Below, in pieces: positions 38,301 to 52,359 of a DNA stretch of 64,000 nucleotides; position 1 is the first letter of the stretch; every line of letters starts with the position of its first letter. The stretch spans positions 460,403 through 524,402 of the forward strand of contig NMRA01000280.1 in NCBI GenBank assembly GCA_002633005.1, given 5' to 3'. Source of the stretch: Phoronis australis. Taxonomy: Eukaryota > Animalia > Phoronida. The position numbers and the translations under genes are program-made. Under the pieces are notes generated by a model, which ran no database searches, was not told the origin of the DNA, and was given only the letters and a program-made list of their open reading frames with translations.

Positions 38301-41300
38301 ATGGCCGACAGCGAGAAGTTTCCGACTTTGGAAAGAGATTTTTCTGACGTAATTTTGACGCTTGAAAATGTTTTGATTCCATCAGATAAACTTTCACCGA
38401 CGCCCTCTATGCTAGACAGTATTGATTTGGACACTGAAACGGATTTACGGATACTTGGATGTGAACTAATTCAAACATCCGGCATCTTGCTCAAACTTCC
38501 TCAGGTTCGTGATCAGGGTGATTGGTTTAACTGCGATTGATTGTTCGTTTTTAAACATCCTGTAGTTGTGTGTCGTTTGTTATCTATGAGGAACAAAATT
38601 TTGGAAACTCTGCTTTGTTTTATTGAAATAATAGTAAGGTACAGAAAGTCGGGACTATAAACCCGTCAGACGTTAAGGCACCGTGTGGTTTAACCGTTTA
38701 GGCCTCTGCCTTATGAATCACAGGCGCCCTCGCTCAGCTTCTGATCGTCCCCAATACACTACATATTGGTAATTGTTTACAATATGACGACAATGACTTA
38801 GACATATGATTTTGGTATTGTTCGATTCCTCGCAATGTTATCTTTCTAAAAATATACTGGGGAGCCCAATGTTCGTCCGCCTAAGCATAAAACCGACTTG
38901 CTGTTGTACTCACCGAATTATTCCACTTCAAAGTTATGATCTGAATAGGATTCGATTTAACTCTCACAGATATACCGCATTCATCGATTCGGAAGTTTTC
39001 TTTAATTTGTGCCGAGTTATTTCAAATGTGCACTGCCTTCGGCAGCCATTTTATTGTGACACCTAAGTTCGTCATATGCTGCCCCCTTTTGTAAAAACTG
39101 AGAAACATGCAGAAAAAGGCCAACGAAGTAATGAAAATTGCAACAGCCTGTTTTTATTGACATAAACTCGATTTGAAGCTTTGATGTTGAGCTCTGCACT
39201 GTGGTTTCCAATAAAAGCCAATTGGACAACATTTCAATGCAGTTTAATGGTGAATGCGTGAGGCAAAAATGTTAAGAACCCAGCGTATCGCATTTGTCTG
39301 CGGATTTTTCCTTTGGCCTTCTAGATCCTACTAGTGCCTGGGAAAAACAGATACATTGCATAAACAAACCCTGGATCTTGTTTTGTGTCCCGTCGGAAGA
39401 AAATTTAAATTCGAAAACATCTTCTGAAAACGCACAAAAAAGTGTATTAGTAAAATCTACTGATTTTTAAGTGGTTTTAAAAAACAATCGGTAAACTCAC
39501 CGATTTTTGTCTCATTACTTTGATACGTGTCTCTTCCGATAAGTTAGTACCTAACGTGCAGACGAGCACTCCAAATTGGAACGCTAAGTCCCGCGTGGTT
39601 GCGCTGCACGCGAAACAAGATGGCGGACGAACTTTGGAGCCTGACGAAAATAGGTAACCGGACTATATATGAATTGATCCCCTACCGCGTTTCCTTCATA
39701 TTTTATCATTCAGTTAGCACTATTTCCCGGTGGACACCGCCATGTTAGCTCAACTCAAGATAACAGCGACACCTATTGTTAGTGAATGAAACAGCATTAT
39801 TGATTCTGAATGGTGGTTGCCCGCGCGAGATTCCCCCTAAAGTTTTCCTGACATAATATGGTGGAAGCACAAGTAGAAGCACTTTACCTTTTCCATTTTT
39901 TAGAATTGTGACCAATTTTCCATGAAATTGTCTGAAGTGATACTTTTTCACAAATCTGGACCTCAAAAACAACCTCCGCTTTTTTGGCAGATTTTTGCTA
40001 GCAGATGCGTATATCAGGGTCACCATAGGATCGAATTCGAACCCTTCGTTACGTAACTCGGGCAGGGGATTGACGGGTCTCGGTCAATTTGAACTTATGA
40101 AAAGCGACGATCTGCAAGTCGGTAGATTAGTTCAGTTTTTGACCGCCAGGTGACTCCTTATCCATTCAGCATGGCGGTTTCGCACCGAGTACCAGGAAAT
40201 AGTGCGAGCAGAAATTTCACGATAAAAAACTAAGGGAACGGGGTAGGAGAAATTTCTGTGTATGTTTGGAAAGATAACATTGCGAGGAATCGAACGATAC
40301 CAAAATCATATGTCTAAGTCATTGTCGTCATATTGTAAACAATTACCTACATATTTAATACTACAAGGTATGACACTCAGGACTAGAAATTTCACGGGTG
40401 CTTCGATTCAGCCGTCCATATCAAACACAAAACTCAATAAATTAACACAAAACACGGTGTCCTGCTCCGCTGAGTTTGTAAGAAATTCGCGGTTAAAGTA
40501 CAAAAATGTTCCCATAAAGCCCAAACACACCTAGCACTTTGACGGTTTGAGGTCAAGGACGGAACGGAAATTACCAATGAGTTATGGTTGGACGGCGTTA
40601 ATGATATTGTAAGAAAGAAAATTGCTCATGGTTTGTTGAACCGCTGTTTTGTGTAAATTTATTGAGTTTTGTGTTTGATATGGATGGCTGAATCGAAGCA
40701 CCCATGGAATTTCTAGTCCTGAATGTCATACCTTGTAGTGTATGTAGTGTATTGGGGACTTGATCAGAAGCTGAGGACGCCTGTGGAATGAATTAGTACC
40801 AACAGTGACTCGACTAAATTCCTTAAAATATCGTATTGTTGAACTTTCCGAAACTTTGATTGTCATTTGTTGTGCTGTTTTAGTTCGTTTTGGCTTTGAT
40901 ACAAAGGGATTTCTATGTTGAATTATCAGTACTGAAAATAAGTAGAGATCATTTGAATGCAACATCCCTAATTTAAGCACTATCGATCTGAGGGCTGGAC
41001 TTTTACTTACAATATTAGAAAATATGGGTAGTCAAAGAGGAGGTTAGAATAAAGAAAAAATGTCGTAAAAAGATTACACCTGTAAAGCATGACACAAAAA
41101 TAAAAAGATTCAGGGAACTTATTTCGGTCCCCATTTGCAACTATTTTAGCAACCAGCACCGGGCTCTGACCTAGTCTGGGGAGATTATCTCTATTTTTGT
41201 AGCGTTGCCAACAGCCAGTGAGTTTACAGGTGAGGTCTTATGCCTGAGTATCAATGTTATAACTGCAATAACATACTGTTTAAATTTTAGGTTGCAATGG

Positions 41301-44300
41301 CTGCTGGTCAAGTGCTGTTTCAGCGTTTTTATTACTCAAAGTCTTTCGTGAAACATAATATGGAGGTATGTTGTCTTGAGAGGTCTCATNTTATCTTGAG
41401 TTGAACTAACATGGCGGTGTCCACCGGGAAATAGTGCTAACTGAAATTCGACGATAAAATATGAAGGAAACGCGGTAGGGGATCAATTCATATATTTTTG
41501 GAAAGGTGACAGCATGAGGAATCTAACGATACCAAAATCATATGTGCAACTTATTGTCATCATATTGTAAACAATTACCCTAGAAATTTCACGGGTGCTT
41601 CGATTCAGCCGTCCATATCAAACACAAAACTCAATAAATTAACACAAAACATGGTGTCCTGCTCCGCTGAGTTTGTAAGAAATTCGCAGTCAAAGTACAA
41701 AAATGTTCGAATAAAGCCCAAACACACCTCGCACTTTGACGGTTTGAGGTCATGGACGGAACGGAAATTACCAATGAGTTATGGTTGGACGGCGTTAATG
41801 GTATTGTAAACTATTGTAAGAAAGAACAATTGCTCATGGTTTGTAGAACCCCTGTTTTGTGTAAATTTATTGAGTTTTGTGTTTGATATGGACGACTGAA
41901 TCGAAGCACCCATGGAATTTCTAGTCCTGAATGTCCTATCTTGTAGTGTATGTAGTGTATTGAGGATGTGATCAGAAGCTGAGGATGCCTGTGGAATGAA
42001 TTAGTACTAACAGTGACTCAACTAAGTTCCCTAAAATATCGTATTTATGATCTTTCCGAAACTTTGATTGTCATTTGTTGTGCTGTTTTAGTTCGTTTTG
42101 GCTTTGATACAAAGGGATTTCTATATTTAATTATCAGTACTGAAAATAAGTAAAGATCATTTGAATGCAACATCCCTAATTTAAGCACTATCGATCTGAG
42201 GGCTGGACTTTTACTTACAATATTAGAATTATGGGTAGTCAAAGAGGAGGTTAGAATAAAGAAAAAATGTCGTAAAAATATTTCACCTGCAAAGCATGAC
42301 ACAAAAATAAAAAGATTTAAGGAACTTATTTCGGTCCCCATTTGCAACTATTTTAGCAACCAGCACCGGGCTCTGATTATCTCTATTTTTGTAGCGCTGC
42401 CAACAGCCAGTGAGTTTACAGGTGAGGTCTTATGCCTGAGTATCAACGTTATAACTGCAATAACATACTGTTTAAATTTTAGGTTGCAATGGCTGCTGGT
42501 CAAGTGCTGTTTCAGCGTTTTTATTACTCAAAGTCTTTCGTGAAACATAATATGGAGGTATGTTGTCTTGAGAGGTCTCATTTTCTTTTTTCCCTAAGTG
42601 TCCTTGATCTGTTAACTTGACAAACTGATGAAACTAGCGTCTAAATGGCCGTAGTCTCTTATGGTGGTCTCATTGAATATGCAGTCAGCGCCCTTGATGC
42701 CTTGATTTTGGGGCATAGCAGTATTGACCCCCATCCCCAAATGAAAGGTGGGGTGATTTCTTCAACGTCCGATGCTGAGAAAACACTGAAGCCATCAATT
42801 CAAGATTGAGGTCACCCGAAATCCTCGGAAATGTTTGCTTTTGGAAATAACCTATAGGGGTCTTAAATTTCCAGGCAGCGCTTGATGTTTGACTTGCACT
42901 TCTGTAAGAAATTGTACCTGAACAAAAATCTTAATTAGCAGTCATGCTGATGGAGATAATGATTTGGCTTGTTGCAGAGGTCATGAACTTATTTTACTTT
43001 TTGCCCTACTTTATTTTGAGTGACGTGTTGGAATGTCATTGCAAACGACTTTGTGACATTACATCATGAAGAAAGTTATTTTTTGCAACCTAAATGTGTG
43101 AGGAAAAACCCAAAATTGTCAAACTGGTTTGTCAGAAAAATAACTGTTTAATGTTCTAACATGATTTGCCATGTTTCTGTCTATAGATTGTGGCCATGGC
43201 CTGTATCAATTTAGCATCAAAAATTGAGGAAGCGCCCCGAAGAATTCGGGATGTCATCAATGTCTTTCATCACGTAAAGCAGATCAAGAATGGAAAGTAA
43301 GTAGCATGGTCTCGTTAATTTGTGTTGAGGATAACATGATCTCACAGACGGAACATTTTTAATGAAGCATGTCTGTATGTCTGCCATGCATTATTTTGTT
43401 GTTCAGCTGTCCGTTTTTTATGACTGTGTGACTTACGAGTTTGAGAGAAATGATACTGGACAGCCTCTGTATACAAAACATCACATGTACAATTGAGTGC
43501 ATCTGTGCTGGTTGAAAACCTAGGATTAGAGTTCCGTAACTGTCATCATGTGGTTCTGAGCACCTTGATAGTAGATCTTTTGCGTTGTCCCTTCTTTACT
43601 TAGTTCTTTGTCTAAAATTGTTCCTAAAAAGTTGAACACTCTTTGTGTGGCTCTGTTCAGCAGTTGAGCTTACTTGAGGGTGTGCATTTCTAAATTCTGT
43701 TCTGTTGTGGTTGTTTGTTTGTTTGCTAATTAAGCTTTGATTTTCAGCCTACTGTAACGTTAAGCTATACACCATAAATGTTTGATACTTGTGATTTCGT
43801 TACGTCTGCAAGTTCAGCTGTATTGCTGTGCAAATTTGACAACTACATGGTTTTCTCAATTCGCAGTGGAACCAATTTCAAACCATTGCCTATGGTGTAT
43901 AGCTCCTTATGTCTGTTGGACCCAGCATTCACTGTCTATTTTTCTTTGTCTAGCTACTCGCCATGTGGTAACTGGACAACGTTGGTCTCATGGACACTGC
44001 CCAGCACGCCACCTTTTGTCTGAAGGTATAAGCAGTATCAAGTCGGCCGTTCTTGCACACTGGTTGCTCACCCAGTCTCAGTGGAAGAGCAAGTTTAGAG
44101 ACATAATGGTCTTCAGCTACTTCAGTATTAACCTCACAGTCTGTCTAAACGATTCGTCTTGTTAGTTATTGAGTACACTTCAATTGTGAAGACGTGTGTT
44201 TTGGGTGACCTAATAGCCAGTAAAACCCAAATCTGCTTTTCTTAATTGAAGACATCACACTCTAAATATTTAAAATTAAAACTTCAGTGTTCAGTAAGAT

Positions 44301-47300
44301 GCTGAGATGTCTAACACATACAGCGTAATGGAAGGAAAAGTGGATCATTCATTCTTGTAACATTCGCGAGTTTTCCAGGTTGATACTTGCATTGTATTTC
44401 TGCATGATCATAACCTAAAGTTGAACGCAAGTAATACGAACATTTGAACATTCTCTTCCTCAGTTTGGTTGAAATATTCTACGACAATGATTTATCATTT
44501 GATCACCCGTTGAACTCCCCATTACAATTGTTGCCTGTGATTCAGAAACGTTTCAATGTGTCTACACTGTCTGTAGCCGTGCTACCATTTTTGCTGTCCT
44601 GGCCATTTCACATTCATTTGCCGTTGTTCCAACTTTTTTTTATAAAGTTTTTGATTTGAATCAACAGTATACCTACCTGTGCTGTATGAGTGTCAAGTGG
44701 TCTTTGTCACACCTTTCCCAGTACATTGTTTCATACACGTTCACTATAATGCTTGCACAGCTAATGATGTGTGAAACATTGCAGTTTCCTTTTGTTGTAA
44801 GACATCAATCATTTTAGAGTTGAATTATATCACAAGACCTTTCCTGCTGCATTGCAGTTGCCAGAGCTTGCTTTCTTTATTAATGAAATGGCTCCATCCC
44901 TTGAAAACTTTTTATGGCATAGACCAGGGACTTTGCTGTACTATGTTGGCATATAAGCGCATACAACTGCTTGTGCGTGTTAACTTCACCTTAGTTTTTA
45001 TATTGGACAATTGGACAAGCTGTTGATGTCGGACAAAGACGAAGCTGAAGACAATCCCTGGTTGTAGCGACGGTTGCTGCAGTAGCCACCAACACGTCAA
45101 AGTTGTCTGTTCATGTTTGTCTGAAGTTTAATTCATAGAACGCGTTGATGGTGAACTATCATGTTTATCTGGTGGTGATTTTTAACCGTGATCACACTCC
45201 TATAAGTCTACTGTCCATGCGCAAAAGATTGTGGTTATGAGGTTGTTGATGCATGCCAATACTTTACGGGTAGCGATATTGAAATCATTGAAGGGATGGG
45301 AGAGGCTAAACAGTTGTAGTGGGTTGACTATTCTATGAAACATACATATTTTTGCAGTCACCAGGTGGGCTGTATTCCCTTTTTTCTCTGTTTCATCTGC
45401 TCTAGTTATTACAACTTGACTATGGTATGTTCAGTACACAATGCATGTATCAATCTGAAGTGTCCGTTTATGGTCATGAGCAGTAGTAGATCTGTTCAGT
45501 CATTCGTTTACTTGTAGTTTTCTTAATTACTAGAGTAGGCGTTTAACAACTTGAGACTGTGTTACCAAAGCTCCACTTTCAAATCTACCTGATAATGTTT
45601 CCACTTGTCTGTTTCAGAAAACATTCGAATTGTCAAGGCTCTGAAGGTTTTTCATTAGCAGATGGACTTCAAATGTCTGCTTTCAGTGTCATTTCTGGCT
45701 CCATAAACAGCTAAAGTAATAGAATTTGTGTTTTTCAGATGCAGTTCTCCGTTTTAAAGATGTCTGAAATCACAGACTCTTTGTCTCGGATTTGTCGTTG
45801 TGATCTCGAGAAGATTCGTAAATGGTCACAAACATTTGCACTAACACATTTACTCTTCTTGGCCCTAGCTCGCCCTTTCTGTTCATGTCTGTCCAGGCAG
45901 GCCCATTTGCTGTTGCCAGAGTGTGTGGTGCCCGTTAACCCGAGTTCGACACACGCTCCGTCTCTGTTACAGAACCATCCAGCCACTTATACTGGACCAG
46001 AACTACATCAATCTCAAGAACCAGGTGATCAAGGCAGAAAGGCGTGTGCTCAAGGAGCTGGGCTTCTGCGTTCATGTGAAACACCCTCACAAGGTGAGCT
46101 ACATTTTGGTGGGAAGGGGGTGGTGGGGTGGTTGTGACTTACGAAAGTTTAACGACAGCACTTTCCAGTTTGTATGAAGTACCCAGTTGAAGAAGTGAAA
46201 ACATGGCCTTGAGGATTTCGTTGATCATTTTCATTATTTTTTTGTCAATCATGCTTTTAGTTAAGTGAGGTATTGACCTGAGAAAAATCAGTGTGCAAAG
46301 CATACATCAGGGCTCTGTTTGGTTTCGATTTCCTCTGATTTGATGTCCAGTTTTCTCTTTTTTATCATTATTTTACTTTATTCATGCTTTAAAATGTTCA
46401 TTTCAGTTTTACAAAACAAAACATTATTTCTATCACAGAAGCCTGTTTATTTGTAGAGCGATATATCAGGTGGAAGTTTTTCCTCCCTTATGTCATTGTT
46501 CATTCCAAGCCCTGATACTTGGTGAAATGAGTGTATGACATTATTATGCCACAGTGATTTCACTGAATAATATGTGATCTTTCTCTTGATAGATTATCGT
46601 TATGTACCTCCAAGTTTTGGAGAGTGAGCAAAATAAAAGGCTTGTACAGTGTGCCTGGTAAGTTGAAGTTTTGACTTTTCTTTAGAGCAAGCAAGGGTGC
46701 AAGCAGAACTTGGACCTCGAGTTTGTAATTCATCTGGTTTTTAACATAATCCACAAACAATGAAACACTTGATAAGTAATCAGTGGAACTCAATAATCCA
46801 ATATTCTCATTTTGTTAGCTGTAATTTATATACAGTCATTGTTGGTTGAGAAGTTCTGCTTGCTTTTGATAATCCAACTACACATTGCACAGGATATGTT
46901 AAATCTCCAGTTGAGTTCGGACTCGGTTAAGTTTTATATGCTGATCTTGTTTGCTAGTGCAAGAGGTAAACTTTGAAGAATAAGCTGTTAAAATTGTTAA
47001 CTTACACTGCTCAGTTAGCTACCCAAGTCTGCTTGCATGCCTTTGAGTAACCTCGTCTAAGACCTGTGAAACCTGTATTAATTACAATTATTTTTCCTTT
47101 TGCCTCACCAGCCTAGGTGGGTAAACTGTGCATTTGACTCGTGTAAGGAGATGTGAGCGCACAACGCCCTCTGGCGGTTCTCCTCACTGCAGACCAGTAT
47201 GTGTGTGTGTGGACGTGGACGGGTTCTCTGCAACACAGTCAGCCCCTGCCACCTGCTGGACAACTCACCAGTGCCAGGTTCTACCTAAGCTGCGCTTCAT

Positions 47301-50300
47301 CACCAGTGTTTCAATTTGATTCCTTGAATAAATGGCAGCATAAGCTGTTTGAAAAGTAGTTCACTACTGTGTAAAACACGAGCTCTTAATCTAATAGTTG
47401 AATGGGAAGGAAAGATGTGCAGTGATGTCAGATTTAACTTTCGCGCGAGTAACATGGATCTTGGAAAAACATTGTTTCAAACGTGGACTTGTATTTGGAC
47501 AGAGGAAAATGCAGCTGTGGTGTCTAAATTTCTAAACGCTACTTCACCAATCACATGACATGATAGTAGATTCGGGCAGCTTACTTTGACGGGGGACGGC
47601 GGACTAACTGCTCACTCGTGTTGACCTGTTGAATGCAGACTTCTTTTGCAGCTCGGGGACATCTGGAACAGCTGAAGGGCAGAGAGCTGGTATACTTTTA
47701 CTATTTTTGACGTCTTTAAGAAGTTTTTTGCACAGTTGACTACTCGGGTCTGAGGTAAAAGGAAAAATAATATTTTACCAGTTTTAATTACACGGAATAA
47801 GTAGTTGGATTGTGTAACGAACTCCTGCAGATTCTACACGAAGTTATTGATTTTGGTTGGACAGAATGTCCGAAATGTCATGCTTGTAACTGCTTTTCCC
47901 TTTGGCCTTGTATTGGCGTGTACTATGTTAACCTTAAGTATGTTGCAGGAACTACATGAATGATAGCTTCCGTACTGCTGCCTTTGTGCAATACCACCCT
48001 GAAACAATAGCTTGTGCCTGTATTTACCTCGCCGCTCGCTCACTCAAGGTATGTGTGCACATGTCTACATTTAGTTTACTCGAGACGAGTTGTAATAACC
48101 TCTCAACTTGAACTGGGGGGAGAGTGTATGTGCTGTAATTTCTGTGTGCCTGTGTGCGTGCGGGTTACTTGGTTACTTATTCAAGGATAATGCCCCCTGA
48201 ACTATTTTCAGTTGGCTGTATTTACACCATGATAAAGGATTTTTTTCCGTGGACTCCTTGTCCTCTTACTTGATACAGTTACATTGTGGCTTAGTAGCAA
48301 AGGTTCCTTTTCAGTGTCCCGCAACTGAGTTGCAGTCACTGCTGTCTCCGTGCATATGACATGTGTTACAGCCCTTATTATCATACACTTCCAATGGTTT
48401 CCATTTTCTTTCTCTGCAGATTGCTTTACCCAACAACCCACCCTGGTTTGCCATTTTTGGCGTTGCTGAAGCGGACATCCAGGACATCTGCATGATGTTG
48501 TTGAAGTTGTATTCCAGAAAGAAGGTAAGCTATTGCTACTGTCTCAATTAAACTCGTGAAGATATTTTGAAACACGAATATGATAAGTCGTAGCTTTGTA
48601 TTTTGAAGTCTGTATATCCAGATGAAGACACTTGGAAGACCTTGCTTTCTCTTCCTTTGAGGTGATGTGAGGCCCACGAAAAATGTCCGTATTTGGCTAA
48701 CTTTGAAACATCATGTCTCCGAAATGGCTGGTGAATTTTTTAAAAGTTAAATTAAATTCTATGGTTTTGTAAATAATTGGAAAAATGCACACACTTGGTG
48801 AGGTCTCATCTAAACCCAGTTGAAGTATTGCCAACTCTGAAGTGCTGCTGTCTTAGCTAAGATCCTGGTTGTTCTGAATACCTTGTAACTTTATTAATCT
48901 TATCAAGTAGGGAATTACGATGAAAAATAATCGTGCCTATGTCACTGAAGTTATGGTGCAAATACTGAATAAAGAAACGGAGAAGCTCAAAATAAAACTT
49001 TTTTGCTCATTGTTAAGGGAAAGTATTGGAAACTCCAGAACATTCTATGGTTGAGCATATTTTCAGACTTCTGTTGGCATTGGTAACTGTGATCGTATAG
49101 AATCGTTTCCTGTTTCTGTTCAGCCAAACCCCGAGCACCTGGAGTCCATTGTGAATGAGGCCAAGAAGATCCAGATCGAAGCCAAGTTGAAGGCCAAGGG
49201 CATCGTTTCGGCGAGCGTCACGCCCAACTCAACCTCAAGGCCTAGTACGTGACCACACTTAAGCAAACATCTCAGATGGCTAAGGGCCTATGACAGTTGT
49301 GCTTTAATTGAGACTCGGTTATGAAGTGCACAAATCATATCAAATGCAACTTGATAGTTTTTATGTGAAAGTTTTCCCCACTATTGGCCAGTAGCTGATT
49401 ATTGAAATAGCAGGCAGCTTGCTGTTGTAAAATGAACTGTCATATTCACATTTTTATTTTTTTTTCTGTCAGACACCCATTTTTATATTTAAAAGTAGCC
49501 AAAACAAAATAAAATAACCTGAATGCTTTTTGTAAGAGTTCACACATTACAGTTGGTTTGAGATATTGCCTGGCTCCAAAAACAGAAGTGCCTATTTCTT
49601 AAACTCTGCTTTTCATTGTGCCAACTGATATTGTTCTTATTATTGACAAAATATTACTGAACTACTGGCAGAGCAAATGTGCATTCCACTGACCTTGATC
49701 ATCTTGTTTTCTTATATGGAAGGGCAGAAACACATGTTATTCTAGCTTTGTTTTGCATCCTTAAAGTATGACTGACCAGTAAGACTTTATGTAGGTAAAC
49801 CATGTATTGAAAGACTGCTTTGAAGGATTCACTCGCGTTTGTGGAACTGTCACATTCCGTAAATGATATCTGTGACCATGAATTGTTCAATTTTCCAGAC
49901 TCGCCGAAAGGTGCCAGTCCACTCCCTGCCAGTAATCTCAGTCTCAAGAAATTAAAGAACGAGGGCACATTCTCGGACCATAGCAATGAGTAAGTGGAAT
50001 TAGGTTGCTCTCAGTTGCTATGGAGAATGATGTGAAGGTTGGAAACATTGTTGATTCGATTTGATATGATGTAGATGGTTTATATTTGTGATGCGGGTTT
50101 AACTGCTAAATGGTGTGTAGATTTCCTGGCATTTTTTTCTAAAGGTATTCCTTGCGACACCAGAGTCAGCATTACGTGGGGGAAATGGGGAAGTTCAAAT
50201 ATAATGTAACTGCATACAGGTTAAGAAATGATGGATGAAATCGTTCTATTGCAGTGCCAAGGAAAACCATATTTCTCGTAAAAAAGACCGAAGCAATAGC

Positions 50301-51694
50301 AGAACTCCACGGGCTTACAGCAAGAATAGGTAAGTTTGGATATTTCATATATGTCTCTATCGCAGCCAAAAAATTTTTGGCGTTTTTGCTATGCTGCTTC
50401 TAACTAGTGACCACTTGATGTTAGTCATTGGGTCTGGGTCCTCGAAGAAACTGCTGGCTTTTGCCAAAATTCAGAAATCTGACTACGAATATCCAAAAGT
50501 CGATTTTTGTCTTCTGCATTGCTTGAAGCGTTTTTCTTCTGTTTAAGCAGACTATGTATTTCTGGCCTTTGACTTCCGAGTTGTAGACAGATTTTCTGAC
50601 TTTCATCCTTTGCTTATTTTTGTGAAGCAGTCTAAGCCATCAGTTTTTAGCCTGAAGGCAAAATCAAATAGCCGATTCTTGGAGCAGCAGGCTAGGGCTG
50701 TGTTCAGAGTCTGAACACCACTCTTACCACATGCTCACATTAAGCCCTTACCTCTTAACATGGAGTCCAATCACACTCCGGCAATCTTGTCGTGAACAAT
50801 TTTAGTGCCAGTGGCTGAAAACGAATACTGAATTTTCCAGTAGTTTGTTGTAAGTGTCCAAGTGAGGTTTTAGCTAAGGTTACATTTTTTTTGTACACGG
50901 AACATGTTTGAAGTGCATGGTGAGAGTTGGTTTGCACCACTGAAATGTTGTATCTGGTGGATCAATCTGATGTTACCAGGGTCACTTCCAAACATGGTAA
51001 AAGATCAGGATGAGAAGTTTTGATAGATATCATGGTGTATTAAAATGAGTTCATGATCTTAACCTGTCGAATTTCGAAAAATGGTCTGGTTCAATACTTT
51101 ATTATAATCATTCATTCATCATTATTAGGATGCGGTGTCATATGTTTTTAACTCTATACATACTGGCTGGAAATTCCCTAGAATTTCAGAACTCACTTCA
51201 TTGTATTTCATAGTGTATGTAATAAAGGCAACATGATCTTTGTAAAGTCCTTGCCAAGTTCTGATTCTGTGTATAAAGTTAGTGTAGCGTGTTTCTTGCC
51301 AGTGATAACCTGCAGTTACTGCCCTTGGTTTTACAGGTCCTATTCCAGCAGGAGTAGAAGTCGTTCCCCAGTCAAACGAAAACATTCCAAGTACTCTCCA
51401 GCCAGGAAGTACAAAAAAGAAAACGCTCGCTCACGCTCTACTTCCCGTGAGCGTGCTCGTGAGCGTAACTCGAGCAAAGATAAGCGTAAGAGAAAGCAGC
51501 ATCGTAGTCGATCTGTGTCCAGGAGTAGAAGCCGCTCTCCAGCTTTGTCTCCTGTGAGGGGGCGAGCTAAGAAGGACTATAAAAGCAAGAAGGACTTAAA
51601 TGCGAGGTCACGCTCGCGTTCACTTGAGCGTCACAAAACAAAGAAAAATGGGCACAGGCACAGGAGCCGGTCACGCGACCGCTACAGGAGGTGA
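38301..51694 (+). CDS. CCNL: Cyclin L (CCNL1/CCNL2 co-orthologue), 11 exons, 474 aa, C-terminal RS domain
   Basis: Exons 38301-38504, 42483-42557 (duplicate copy at 41291-41365), 43187-43296, 45973-46093, 46593-46657, 47949-48048, 48420-48524, 49124-49244, 49899-49989, 50255-50329 and 51337-51694. All GT-AG and in phase, 1425 nt in total. Hallmark motifs: [88 protein letters not shown]-rich tail. Confidence 0.93.
38719..40785. mobile_element. Chapaev-like (CMC) non-autonomous element in cyclin L intron 1
   Basis: GAAT|CACAGGCG ... CGCCTGTG|GAAT: CAC termini with a 4-bp RWWY TSD. The ~130-bp left TIR (38719-38850) matches 40260-40350 plus 40738-40785 in reverse. Confidence 0.7.
40364..40735. 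mobile_element. Tc1/mariner-like MITE inserted in the right TIR of the Chapaev-like element
   Basis: TA|CAAGGTATGACACTCAGGACTAGAAAT ... ATTTCTAGTCCTGAATGTCATACCTTG|TA with ~90-bp TIRs. Confidence 0.8.
41391..42580 (+). repeat. Near-identical duplicate of ~40150-41389, including cyclin L exon 2 (probable uncollapsed haplotype)
   Basis: Begins right after the single N at 41390. The exon 2 copies are identical and the flanking intron differs by scattered SNPs and indels. Confidence 0.8.
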
Positions 51695-52359
51695 TAATGA
51701 CAATGTGGAAATTTATCATCATCATCATCATTGGAAATGCTCGTCTGTGCTGTATGTCAGAAGTATTGTAAGATTTTGTATAAGAAGATTTCGCTACTGT
51801 ATACTGTGTAGGAGGTTACTTAACTTCTTAATGGTGCTCAAGAGTTTGGACTAAGGTTCATAGTTTAATTAGGTCTTTAGCAGTAACCTGGAAAATCTTA
51901 ATTTTAAAAGGAGCAGACGTGTCCTCTATGTCATCTGATGTGCAAGAAATTCATTCATCTTAAGTTTGAGTTGATTCCTGATCATAGGGAATCCTACATT
52001 TTTTGTATCAGTTGTTTACACAGGAGAAGTGGTGATGTTATTTTTCTGGGTATTGTTTTGTATGTGTGTGTCCTGTAACTAAAATTGATTTGTACACGTG
52101 TAAAGATTGTATTTTACCTATTGTTCAGATGTGCAGGAAAGTGTAGATTAAAATATTATTAATACAATATTCAACTTATCAGCAATTAACATTTTATATT
52201 ATTGAAATATATGCCTAAAATAAGTCAGCAGGTGTTAGTGTTGGTGTCTGGAATAAGCTCAAGTGTGCAAGAATGGGGAATGATCAAGTGCAAAGTCTCT
52301 GTATGAGCAGCTACGTACTTAGAACTGGCAGTGTGCACTGTGTTGTTAGGATTGGATGC

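Noticed and set aside
24569-51694. Minor (U12) spliceosome introns in SDF4 or cyclin L
   Set aside because: All inferred donors are ordinary U2-type GT sites, and none has RTATCCTT.
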